This document shows, piece after piece, positions 48,017 through 56,633 of a stretch of DNA of 64,000 bases. The stretch comes from Fidelibacterota bacterium UBA7301 (lineage in GTDB: Bacteria > Fidelibacterota > Marinisomatia > Marinisomatales > TCS55): the NCBI GenBank assembly GCA_002471845.1, contig DKQT01000018.1, forward strand, positions 59,807 through 123,806. The letters are read 5' to 3'. The position numbers and the translations under genes were made by a program. The notes beneath the pieces are model-generated. The model was given only the letters and a program-made list of their open reading frames with translations. It made no database searches and was not told the origin of the DNA. Numbering within the stretch: the first letter of the stretch is position 1; every line of letters starts with the position of its first letter.

Positions 48017-48844
48017 ATGAAAAGATTTGCACCAGCAATTTTCATATTATCGGTTGGGTTTTCCCAATTCAACCACTACGATTTAGCCAACTATCCTGTT
48101 CAGCGGGATACGATTGGTCTGCCTGGTCCAGCCAAGGCTATGTTTAAATCATTCATCGTTCCGGGGTGGGGACAGATTCAAAATAAGGATTCATGGTGGA
48201 AGCCCCTTTTATTTGCCGGCGTTGAAACAGTGGGTTTGTTATCATCTTTTAATTATGGCAGGCGTGCTGAAAATATACGTCGGGATTTTGAATCCTATGG
48301 TGATGAACATTGGGCCTTGGCGCGATGGTATTCAAATACACAAAGAATATTTCCTAACCAATGGCGGGAAATACTGATCGGCACTCATAAATTGGAACTG
48401 AAGATCGGCAGTAATTATTACCATACGAACCAATTGGGTGAACTGGTTAAGCAATATGCATGGTCCGAAATCACTGTAATCCGGGATCGGGATTTTTATG
48501 AAAATATTGGTAAGTATGATCAGTTTGTGGGGGGCTGGGATGATGATTATGACGATCCATTTGATGCGGCAGGGAATTGGTTTACGGTGAAAAAAGGTGA
48601 TGTGGAATCTATTATTTTAACCAAACGAAAAGATTATTACCGCGATCTCCGCCACGAAAGTAATTTATTGAAACATTATTCCCGTTATGCCGTAACGGTG
48701 GTGATGTTTAACCATCTTACCAGTGGATTGGAAGCAGGGTGGTCGGCAAAGAAAAAGGTAAAAAATTCCTCCGAATTCAGCTTGAATTACAATCCAATGA
48801 ATAAGTGGGGAGTTGGGGGTGTACGAATCACCTTTACGTGGTAA
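48017..48844 (+). CDS. DUF5683-like membrane-associated protein
   Basis: Signal-like N-terminus, then the FIVPGWGQIQNKDSWWKPLLFAG motif typical of the family (recalled). Confidence 0.55.
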   Translation: MKRFAPAIFILSVGFSQFNHYDLANYPVQRDTIGLPGPAKAMFKSFIVPGWGQIQNKDSWWKPLLFAGVETVGLLSSFNYGRRAENIRRDFESYGDEHWALARWYSNTQRIFPNQWREILIGTHKLELKIGSNYYHTNQLGELVKQYAWSEITVIRDRDFYENIGKYDQFVGGWDDDYDDPFDAAGNWFTVKKGDVESIILTKRKDYYRDLRHESNLLKHYSRYAVTVVMFNHLTSGLEAGWSAKKKVKNSSEFSLNYNPMNKWGVGGVRITFTW

Positions 48845-48881
48845 ATTCCCCGCTCAAAAATTGATAGAAAGAAGCCAGTTA

Positions 48882-49646
48882 ATGCGTGTAGCAGCAGCTA
48901 TTTTATTGTGTACGGCATTGATAATATCAGGATGTGCCGGAAATAAATCCATTCAAGATATTGACTATAATGCAGAATTTGAAAAGGGAAAAACTGCATT
49001 AGCGAAAAAGAAATATACTAAAGCACAATCCCTGTTTAATAATGTGGTCATTGGCGCCTCCCATACAGAACTGGGAGATGATGCGCTGTTTTTTCTGGGG
49101 GAATCATATTATTTTTCCAAGGAGTATTTATTGGCGATTGCGGAATATGATCGCTTGATCCGACGTATGCCCTTTAGTCCATTTGTTGAGCAGTCACGAT
49201 ACCGAATATGTGAGGCTTACGTCCTTTTATCCCCCAAATATTTCCAGGACCAGACCTATTCTGAAAAAGCGCTGGGGAAACTCCAGGAATTCATAGATGA
49301 TTATCCCAATTCCAAGCACCAGGAAAAAATGCAGGCTGATATTAAAAAATTGAGAAATAAATTATCCCATAAATCATACGAATCTGCTGTTCTTTACATA
49401 AAGATGGAAGAATATAAAGCAGCCCTATTGGCTTTGCAGCAAGTGACGGACTTATATTATGATACAGATTATATTGACCAGGCCCATTTAAAAAAAATTG
49501 AATGCTATATTCATCGCGGTGAGATGGATAAGGCGCAGGAATATTTTGATGCGAAACGAAAACATATTGAAAACCTAAAGTTGGCTGATTTTGTTGAAAA
49601 ATGGTTTGACCAGGGTCGAGTTTTAAGCCAGATTGAAGTCGAATGA
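48882..49646 (+). CDS. bamD: outer membrane protein assembly factor BamD (YfiO)
   Basis: Lipobox LIISGC and BamD-type TPRs (FEKGKTALAKKKYTKAQSLF, ALFFLGESYYFSKEYLLAIAEYDRLI, YPNSKH). Confidence 0.8.
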   Translation: MRVAAAILLCTALIISGCAGNKSIQDIDYNAEFEKGKTALAKKKYTKAQSLFNNVVIGASHTELGDDALFFLGESYYFSKEYLLAIAEYDRLIRRMPFSPFVEQSRYRICEAYVLLSPKYFQDQTYSEKALGKLQEFIDDYPNSKHQEKMQADIKKLRNKLSHKSYESAVLYIKMEEYKAALLALQQVTDLYYDTDYIDQAHLKKIECYIHRGEMDKAQEYFDAKRKHIENLKLADFVEKWFDQGRVLSQIEVE

Positions 49647-50224
49647 AAACCTGTCTTTTCGGCGGCACCTTTGATCCACCACATTTTGGCCACTTAATCG
49701 TTGCCCAGACGATATTTGAGGCGGAACATTTTGATAAAATCGTTTTTATCCCTGCCCATATTGCGCCCCATAAAAAAGATAGAAAATTGTCTTCCGTGGA
49801 TCTCCGTCTTGAAATGCTTCAAATCGCCACCAAGGATAATCCGAATTTTGAAATATCCGATATTGAAATCAAGCGTGGTGGTATTTCTTATTCCCTGGAT
49901 ACAATCCGCGCCTACAAGAAAGAGTCTGGTTTGTCCAAAAATGATTTATATTATTTAATCGGAAGTGATTCCCTGAAACTGTTTTATTCCTGGCAAAAGC
50001 CTGAATCCATTTTAAAGGAATGTCAATTAATTGTGGCCATTCGCCCCGGTTTTCGTCCCAGCGATATTTCAAACTGGATTTTAGCCAAAGTGCAGTTTGC
50101 CAATATACCCCGGATAGAAATTTCTTCAACCCAGATACGTAACCGTTGGGTGGAGGATAAAACAATCCGGTATATGGTGACCCAGCCCGTGTGGGAATTC
50201 ATCAACAAACACAACTTGTATTAA
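49643..50224 (+). CDS. nadD: nicotinate-nucleotide adenylyltransferase
   Basis: GGTFDPPHFGH and ISSTQIR motifs. ATGA overlap with bamD. Confidence 0.9.
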   Translation: MKTCLFGGTFDPPHFGHLIVAQTIFEAEHFDKIVFIPAHIAPHKKDRKLSSVDLRLEMLQIATKDNPNFEISDIEIKRGGISYSLDTIRAYKKESGLSKNDLYYLIGSDSLKLFYSWQKPESILKECQLIVAIRPGFRPSDISNWILAKVQFANIPRIEISSTQIRNRWVEDKTIRYMVTQPVWEFINKHNLY

Positions 50225-50228
50225 TGCC

Positions 50229-51149
50229 ATGCTCATGAGCCTTTTGTTTTTAGCCGCTGGTTCCATCATGCTGTATTACGGCGCAGAATGGATCGTGAAA
50301 GGCGGTGTCAGTATTTCCCGTCGTTTGGGAATTTCCACTTTGGTTATTGGATTAACGGTCGTTGCATTTGGTACATCTCTACCGGAATTAGTTGTCAGTA
50401 TCATAGCTGCTTTGGAGGGGAGTTCGTCCATAGCTATTGGCAATGTTGTGGGTTCAAATATTGCCAACGTAGGATTGGTTCTGGGGTTGAGTGCACTCAT
50501 TTTTCCCATCTCGGTCCATTTTGGGTATTTAAAGCGGGATTTATTCATATACATGGGTGTGTGTGCAATATTTGTTCTTTTTGCCTTTGACGGTCGTTTA
50601 AGCCGCTTTGAAGGGGCAGTATTATTTATCAGTCTCATTTTTTATGTACTTTTATGTATTAAAAACCCCCAAGGTGAAGAACCTTTACCGGATGAAGGCG
50701 GGGAAGAATCAATCGGAAAATTGGTATTATATATTATTGCGGGAATTATTATGTTAGCGTTCGGTGCTGATTTATTCGTGGATGGTGCCATTTTCCTGGC
50801 ACGCTTTTTGGACGTGCCTGAAGTTGTGATCGGCATGAGTGTGGTTGCCTTTGGAACCTCTCTCCCTGAATTGGCTACTTCGGCTATAGCAGCCTTCCGT
50901 AAGGAAAGCGCTATTTCTGTCGGTAACATTATCGGTTCGAATATTTTTAATATTTTGTCCGTATTGGGCTTAGCATCAATAATACAACCACTGGATTCTC
51001 CCAAAACAATTATGGGTTTAGAAGTTCCTTTTATGATTGGTTACGGGCTGGCGATGATTTTTATTGCCAAAATTCACCAACCGATTCATCGTATTGTCTC
51101 CGCCATTTTATTAACAGGCTATTTTGTTTTTCTTTATCTCCTATTTTAA
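50229..51149 (+). CDS. calcium/sodium antiporter (CaCA / YrbG family)
   Basis: Two alpha-repeats, GTSLPELVVS and GTSLPELATS, in a 10-TM-type protein. Confidence 0.85.
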   Translation: MLMSLLFLAAGSIMLYYGAEWIVKGGVSISRRLGISTLVIGLTVVAFGTSLPELVVSIIAALEGSSSIAIGNVVGSNIANVGLVLGLSALIFPISVHFGYLKRDLFIYMGVCAIFVLFAFDGRLSRFEGAVLFISLIFYVLLCIKNPQGEEPLPDEGGEESIGKLVLYIIAGIIMLAFGADLFVDGAIFLARFLDVPEVVIGMSVVAFGTSLPELATSAIAAFRKESAISVGNIIGSNIFNILSVLGLASIIQPLDSPKTIMGLEVPFMIGYGLAMIFIAKIHQPIHRIVSAILLTGYFVFLYLLF

Positions 51150-51178
51150 CCTGGAAAAAATCAGATTAGATTAATCCC

Positions 51179-51832
51179 ATGATTCGACTGGATAATGTAT
51201 CTTATTCCTACGCAAAAGGTGGCGGTGTTTCCAATGTGAATCTGAATATCGCCGATGATGAATATGCATTTCTCATTGGCCCCACTGGTTCCGGCAAGAC
51301 AACACTCCTGCGGCTGGTCTATATGGATTTGATGCCCCAAGTCGGAAAAGTGGTGGTGGATAAATTCAATTCCGATAAGATAAAACCACGCAAAATCCCA
51401 TACTTGCGGAGAAAAATCGGTATGGTGTTTCAGGATTATCATTTATTGAATGACCGCAACCTGTTTGAAAATACAGCCTTGCCTTTGCATGTGGTCGGGT
51501 GTGATCAGGAAGAAATTGTTGACCGTGTCATTGAATCATTGGAAGAAGTAGGTCTGGATGGAAAAGAAGAGCATTTTCCGGAAGAATTATCCGGCGGGGA
51601 GCAACAGCGCGCCTGTGTGGCCCGGGCCCTTGTTAAAGATCCGGATATAATTTTAGCCGACGAGCCTACGGGTAATCTTGATCCTGTGACATCTTTCGAA
51701 TTGATAAAATTGTTGGAAGAAATTAACCGGGAAGGCACCACCATTCTGATGGCATCCCATAATTATAATTTGATTAAAGGTCGGGGGCACCGCATCATTG
51801 AAATCCAGAATGGAAGTGTAAGGCAATCCTGA
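51179..51832 (+). CDS. ftsE: cell division ATP-binding protein FtsE
   Basis: Walker A GPTGSGKTT, signature LSGGEQQR, Walker B ILADEPTGNLD. Followed by ftsX. Confidence 0.9.
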   Translation: MIRLDNVSYSYAKGGGVSNVNLNIADDEYAFLIGPTGSGKTTLLRLVYMDLMPQVGKVVVDKFNSDKIKPRKIPYLRRKIGMVFQDYHLLNDRNLFENTALPLHVVGCDQEEIVDRVIESLEEVGLDGKEEHFPEELSGGEQQRACVARALVKDPDIILADEPTGNLDPVTSFELIKLLEEINREGTTILMASHNYNLIKGRGHRIIEIQNGSVRQS

Positions 51833-52701
51833 TGGATAAAATGATGTTTCTTTTATCTGAAGGGATGAAAAATCTTTGGCGCCATAAGCTCACAGCTTTC
51901 ACGGCTATTTTTTCTGCATTTTTAACCTTGGCCGTTGCCGGTTCACTGATCATTGTCACTCAAAATACTAATAAGTTAATTGAGTACCTTCGGGACAAGT
52001 ATAAAATTGAAGTTTTTTTCAAAGAGGGTGTTAAAGAAGAGCGTGTGGTTGAACTGGTAAAAGAATTTAAAAAAATCAATGGTGTCCGTTCGACCACTAT
52101 GATTACCAAGGCGGATGCGGAAAAAATCTTCGAATCCCAGTTTGGGGAAAATATTTTAGACCTAGTGGGGTATAATCCGCTGCCCGCCAGCTGTGTGGTT
52201 AATGTGGTTAGGAAGCGGGAAACCAAATTGAATGTAAATCCGATTATTAAGCGGATAAAAAGTTATCCTGAAGTAGATGAAATCAGTTACCAAGGGAGAT
52301 TAATCATCCGCATTGAATCCTATTATCAGAAATTTGTTAAGGGTATGAGCATAATCCTAATCCTTGTTCTGGTAATTTCGGTTTTTATCATTTCCAACAC
52401 GGTCCGCCTAACGATTTATGCAAAAAAGGAATTGATTCAGGCGCTGCAGCTGATTGGAGCCACGCGGTTATTTGTTAAAGCGCCCTTCATCATTGAAGGT
52501 GTATTCCACGGATTAATCGGCGCTCTGCTTGCCTCCGGATTACTGATAGGCGGGTTGGAATTCAGTTCAAACCTTATTTACTCAATGGCCAAAATTAAGG
52601 TGGAATATGAGCCGCTAATTTTAGTCGGTATTTTATTATCCATTAGTGTAGTTATCAGTTATCTCGGTAGCAGCCGAGCCATCTCGCGATTTTTAAAATA
52701 A
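51832..52701 (+). CDS. ftsX: cell division permease-like protein FtsX
   Basis: 289 aa with TM1, a periplasmic domain and 3 TM. 1-nt overlap with ftsE (TGATG). Confidence 0.85.
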   Translation: MDKMMFLLSEGMKNLWRHKLTAFTAIFSAFLTLAVAGSLIIVTQNTNKLIEYLRDKYKIEVFFKEGVKEERVVELVKEFKKINGVRSTTMITKADAEKIFESQFGENILDLVGYNPLPASCVVNVVRKRETKLNVNPIIKRIKSYPEVDEISYQGRLIIRIESYYQKFVKGMSIILILVLVISVFIISNTVRLTIYAKKELIQALQLIGATRLFVKAPFIIEGVFHGLIGALLASGLLIGGLEFSSNLIYSMAKIKVEYEPLILVGILLSISVVISYLGSSRAISRFLK

Positions 52702-52758
52702 TTCTCTTATGATTCCTTTCTTGATTGATGATGATTAAACCATCTAATTTTCCTAGTT

Positions 52759-53790
52759 ATGTCAGGTAATAAAACATCCAGGTTAACAGAACGTGCAGCT
52801 ACCATTCTTTTGGCAGTCGTAGAGGAATACATTGCCTCCGGAACGCCCGTTTCTTCCGTTCATCTCAAAAAATATTGCGGACTTAAAGTTTCCCCGGCGA
52901 CAATTCGAAATGTAATGGCATCCCTTGAGCAAAAAGGATATTTAACCCATTTTCATACATCTGGGGGACGTGTGCCGACGGATTTGGGATACCGCTTTTA
53001 TGTAAATACAATTCCTGAATTTCGTTCATTGAATGATTCTTTTTCTGAAGGTATCGAGCAGGAACTTTTAACCATTTCAAATAATGTGGATGAATTACTC
53101 AATGCGACTGCTTTCATGCTGGCTAAAGTGAGCCGGATGTTTGGTGTTATATTTATCTCTGAATATCAAAAAAGCATTTTAACCGATATTGAACTGGTAT
53201 CACTCAAAGGAAACCGTATCATGCTTGTTCTGGCTATGGATACTGGATTGGTGAAATCCATCGTACTCAACCTGGACCTGGATATCAAACCGGTATTCAT
53301 GGATAAAATCACTCAGATATTTAAGGATAGGTTGGTTGGGTGCACTCTCAAGGAAATTCATAAAACAATTAAAGTACGGCTGATCGACACAGAAATGTAT
53401 TCCCATGAGCTGGTCCAGGTATTGGTAAATGATTGTTTAAAGTATTTTCGTATTGATAATAATAAATTGATTTATACATCATCATATGATGTATTGCTTG
53501 AACAACCTGAATTCCAGGATTTAGCCAATTTTCAACGGTTGTTACCGGCCTTGGATAAAGCGTATTTAAACCAACATTTTAAAGATAATTTTAATGATTA
53601 TTCAGACCTGACCTTGATAGGAAAGGAAAACAAAGATAAACTTCTGAATGATTGTTCGATTATGACCACCCAGTTTGACAGCGGGTTGATCACAGGTAAA
53701 GTTGGGGTTCTCGGTCCAAAACGAATTCCCTATGGTTCTGTTCAATCCATATTAGAAAAATTTGCGGAGATTATACAAAGTGCCCTCTAA
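52759..53790 (+). CDS. hrcA: heat-inducible transcription repressor HrcA
   Basis: N-terminal wHTH (LTERAATILLAVVEEYIASGTPVSS) and GYLTHFHTSGGRVPTDLGYRFYV. Confidence 0.9.
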   Translation: MSGNKTSRLTERAATILLAVVEEYIASGTPVSSVHLKKYCGLKVSPATIRNVMASLEQKGYLTHFHTSGGRVPTDLGYRFYVNTIPEFRSLNDSFSEGIEQELLTISNNVDELLNATAFMLAKVSRMFGVIFISEYQKSILTDIELVSLKGNRIMLVLAMDTGLVKSIVLNLDLDIKPVFMDKITQIFKDRLVGCTLKEIHKTIKVRLIDTEMYSHELVQVLVNDCLKYFRIDNNKLIYTSSYDVLLEQPEFQDLANFQRLLPALDKAYLNQHFKDNFNDYSDLTLIGKENKDKLLNDCSIMTTQFDSGLITGKVGVLGPKRIPYGSVQSILEKFAEIIQSAL

Positions 53791-54319
53791 AGAAAAAACT
53801 GCCCAAGCATCAAGAAAGAAAAAACCCCTTAAAAAGTCACCGACGGCAAAATTGAAAGACCAGATTGATGCGCTTAAAAGCGATTTAGAAACCCAAAACG
53901 ATAAATATTTACGCTTAAAAGCAGAGTTTGACAACTACCGTCGTCGCAAAGAAAAAGAGACTATTAACCTCCTGAAGTATGACGGTGAATCTGTGATTAA
54001 ACAATTTTTATCCGTTCTGGATGACTTGGATCGCCTGGCTAGGGCATCGGAAGAAAACGGCAATGAAAATACGGAAAAAATAAAAGAAGGCATTGACCTG
54101 ATCTTGAATAAGATCAAAAAACGATTTAATGAACTTGAAGTGGTTTCTTTCACCGAAGCAGGGGATATCGCCGATCCTGAACTCCATGACGCCCTTATGA
54201 TGCGTTCTGAAGAAGGAAAAAATGAGAATGAAATCTTGGAAGTATTTGAAAAAGGTTACCGCTACAAAGACCGGGTGATTAGACACGCCAAGGTTGTAGT
54301 TAATCAAACACCATCATGA
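53762..54319 (+). CDS. grpE: nucleotide exchange factor GrpE
   Basis: [13 protein letters not shown] and a C-terminal [14 protein letters not shown]. The start is either the TTG at 53762 or the GTG at 53780; both overlap the hrcA end. Confidence 0.9.
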   Translation: MRRLYKVPSKEKTAQASRKKKPLKKSPTAKLKDQIDALKSDLETQNDKYLRLKAEFDNYRRRKEKETINLLKYDGESVIKQFLSVLDDLDRLARASEENGNENTEKIKEGIDLILNKIKKRFNELEVVSFTEAGDIADPELHDALMMRSEEGKNENEILEVFEKGYRYKDRVIRHAKVVVNQTPS

Positions 54320-55440
54320 GAGACTTATACGATATTATCGGTGTAGGTAAAAACGCCTCTGATAGTGAAATTAAAAAGGCGTATAGAAAAATCGCCATGA
54401 AATACCATCCGGACAAAAATCCAGGTGACACTGAGGCAGAACAAAAATTTAAAGAAGCGGCAGAAGCTTACTCTGTATTGTCGGATAACCAGAAAAGACG
54501 GCAATACGATCAGTTTGGCCATGCCGGTGTCGGATTAGGTGATCAACCCGGCGGTGGTGGTTTCCAGGGCCATATGTCTATGGAAGATATTTTCAGTAGT
54601 TTTGGCGATATTTTCGGCGGGGATTTCGATCCTTTTGGGGGTATCTTTGGCGGTGGCGGAAGAAGGCGTCGCGTCAAGAAAGCGCGAGATCTCAAAGTTT
54701 CATTAAAATTGGATTATAAGGATATTGTAAAGGGTACGGATAAAACCATAAAAATTAAACGCCATGAAACTTGTGATACCTGTTCCGGTAGTGGGGCCCA
54801 GTCGGGCACAATGCCCACATCTTGCCGGCAATGTGGGGGCTCGGGTCAAATTCGCCAAATGTCCCAATCCTTTTTCGGGCAGTCTGTCACCGTAAGGGAA
54901 TGCCCAGTATGTAATGGGTCGGGGGAAATGATTGAAAAACCATGTCGAAGCTGTGCCGGTAATGGCATTCAGAGGAAAACAGTTGAAATTAAAGTGAAGG
55001 TCCCAGCCGGTATTACGGAGGGCAATTACATGACCCTCAACCGTCAGGGAAATAAAGGGCCGAAAGGGTATGAGTCCGGAGATCTAATAATCTTTTTTGA
55101 AGAAAAGGCACACCCGGTTTTCACTCGCAATGGTGAAGATGTCATTACGGAAGCCCGAATCCAGTTTTACCAGGCAGCCTTAGGGTTGACTCTGGAAGTC
55201 CCCACATTGGAAGGAAAAGCAAAACTAAAAATTCCTGCCGGTATTCAATCCGGTCAGATTTTACGTATGCGGGGAAAAGGATTTCCAAAAGTAAGAGGTT
55301 CGTCAAGAGGTGATCAACTGGTTCGGGTCCAGGTGCAAACACCGAAATCCCTTTCGCGTCAACAGAAGAAATTACTAGAAGAATTATCCTCTTTGAATGG
55401 GCAATCAGAACCGGTATTTAAACGGGTAGAACTGGATTGA
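54316..55440 (+). CDS. dnaJ: molecular chaperone DnaJ
   Basis: J domain with HPD (KYHPDKNP), a G/F-rich region, and four CxxCxGxG repeats ([32 protein letters not shown]). Confidence 0.95.
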   Translation: MRDLYDIIGVGKNASDSEIKKAYRKIAMKYHPDKNPGDTEAEQKFKEAAEAYSVLSDNQKRRQYDQFGHAGVGLGDQPGGGGFQGHMSMEDIFSSFGDIFGGDFDPFGGIFGGGGRRRRVKKARDLKVSLKLDYKDIVKGTDKTIKIKRHETCDTCSGSGAQSGTMPTSCRQCGGSGQIRQMSQSFFGQSVTVRECPVCNGSGEMIEKPCRSCAGNGIQRKTVEIKVKVPAGITEGNYMTLNRQGNKGPKGYESGDLIIFFEEKAHPVFTRNGEDVITEARIQFYQAALGLTLEVPTLEGKAKLKIPAGIQSGQILRMRGKGFPKVRGSSRGDQLVRVQVQTPKSLSRQQKKLLEELSSLNGQSEPVFKRVELD

Positions 55441-55844
55441 GTGTTTTCACCCAGCAGGAAAAACTAATCATTAAATTCCTGTTAGGGATGATTTCATTGG
55501 GCATTGTTGTTACCGGTTACCGCTATTGGTTTGGTAAGGAAGTCCCATCAGCTGAAGACGATATCTTAGCCTTTAGGGCCGCGGTTAAACGGGTAGCGGA
55601 AGAAAAGGAAAAAAATCCTGCTGAAAAGAGGCAGAATCAGTTCCAGAAAAGTGTTAATATCAACACTTCGAATAAAGCGGATTTAATGTCAATCCCCGGG
55701 ATTGGCCCGGTAACCGCCGAAAGAATTATTCTTCATCGTGAGGATTATGGATTGTATCAATCCGTCGAAGGCTTATTAGAGGTAAGGGGAATTGGCCCAA
55801 AAACATTTGACAAAATTAAAGCGTATATTAAGATAGTGGATTGA
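55437..55844 (+). CDS. comEA: ComEA family DNA-binding protein (helix-hairpin-helix)
   Basis: N-terminal TM and C-terminal tandem HhH ([32 protein letters not shown]). TTGA overlap with dnaJ. Confidence 0.8.
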   Translation: MSVFTQQEKLIIKFLLGMISLGIVVTGYRYWFGKEVPSAEDDILAFRAAVKRVAEEKEKNPAEKRQNQFQKSVNINTSNKADLMSIPGIGPVTAERIILHREDYGLYQSVEGLLEVRGIGPKTFDKIKAYIKIVD

Positions 55845-56623
55845 CATTAATGACTGAACATAATCAATCAGAATTATCCAAACAGAGAAGAATGTATTCT
55901 GATCTTTTGGAATTATCGATTGTAGGTGCTTTTATATTTTTAATTATCAGTATTTATGTACCCAGAGCTATTTGGAATGAAGAAGAAACATTTGAAAATA
56001 AAAGCCATTTCTACATGGAAAACATGTACGATATTCAAAATTTTTATAAGACACTTATGGGTGAATTCAATCCCGATGGACTGAAGGCGATGGAGGTTGT
56101 TAATTCAGTACGGGATTCTTTAACCGGTGATTCAACTTACCTTAATACACAATCCATTACCTTGAATGGTAACACATTTTCAGTCAATGTTCCCAAAGGA
56201 TACGATGTTGATTTTGATACCACCTTCGGATTTCCCATGACTCGCCGAGATACCATTCTGGATACGACAGCAACCATAGTCATGTTTTCCGAGGATTTAT
56301 CCCGTAATGATACGACCTATATACAGAAAAAACGACTGGCCCAATTCCAGGGGGATACAAACTTTGTGACCCTGCTGGAAGAAGTGGAATCAGAACGGGT
56401 TGAAGTGGTGAATTATTATGATTCTTATATGCCAGATACAACCATGTATTTTTGTCCCGTAACGGAAAAACCCTATTTAATCACCATCAAGGACGAAGGT
56501 AATACAGTCCGTGTAGACAGCCCTATAGAAGATACAGTCGTTCGGAAACGGTATGTCATTTTTGCTTTTAAGGCTGATAATCACGGTTTTGTGGATGACG
56601 GAAGCAAAAGTTGGGATAGGTAA
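55841..56623 (+). CDS. bitopic protein with type-IV-pilin-like N-terminal helix lacking the canonical Gly(-1); unknown function
   Basis: Residues 19-41, YSDLLELSIVGAFIFLIISIYVP (55895-55963), parallel the pilin consensus FTLIELMIVVAIIGILAAIAIP. A later CPVTEKPY resembles the CPxGGxY motif of some pseudopilins. Alternative ATG starts are at 55850 and 55892. Confidence 0.45.
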   Translation: MTLMTEHNQSELSKQRRMYSDLLELSIVGAFIFLIISIYVPRAIWNEEETFENKSHFYMENMYDIQNFYKTLMGEFNPDGLKAMEVVNSVRDSLTGDSTYLNTQSITLNGNTFSVNVPKGYDVDFDTTFGFPMTRRDTILDTTATIVMFSEDLSRNDTTYIQKKRLAQFQGDTNFVTLLEEVESERVEVVNYYDSYMPDTTMYFCPVTEKPYLITIKDEGNTVRVDSPIEDTVVRKRYVIFAFKADNHGFVDDGSKSWDR

Positions 56624-56633
56624 TTATTTTTAA

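Noticed and set aside
50276-51004. Two 120-aa antisense ORFs mirrored inside the CaCA antiporter gene.
   Set aside because: They are shadow ORFs of the two internal alpha-repeats of the antiporter. The sense frame has clear GTSLPEL motifs.
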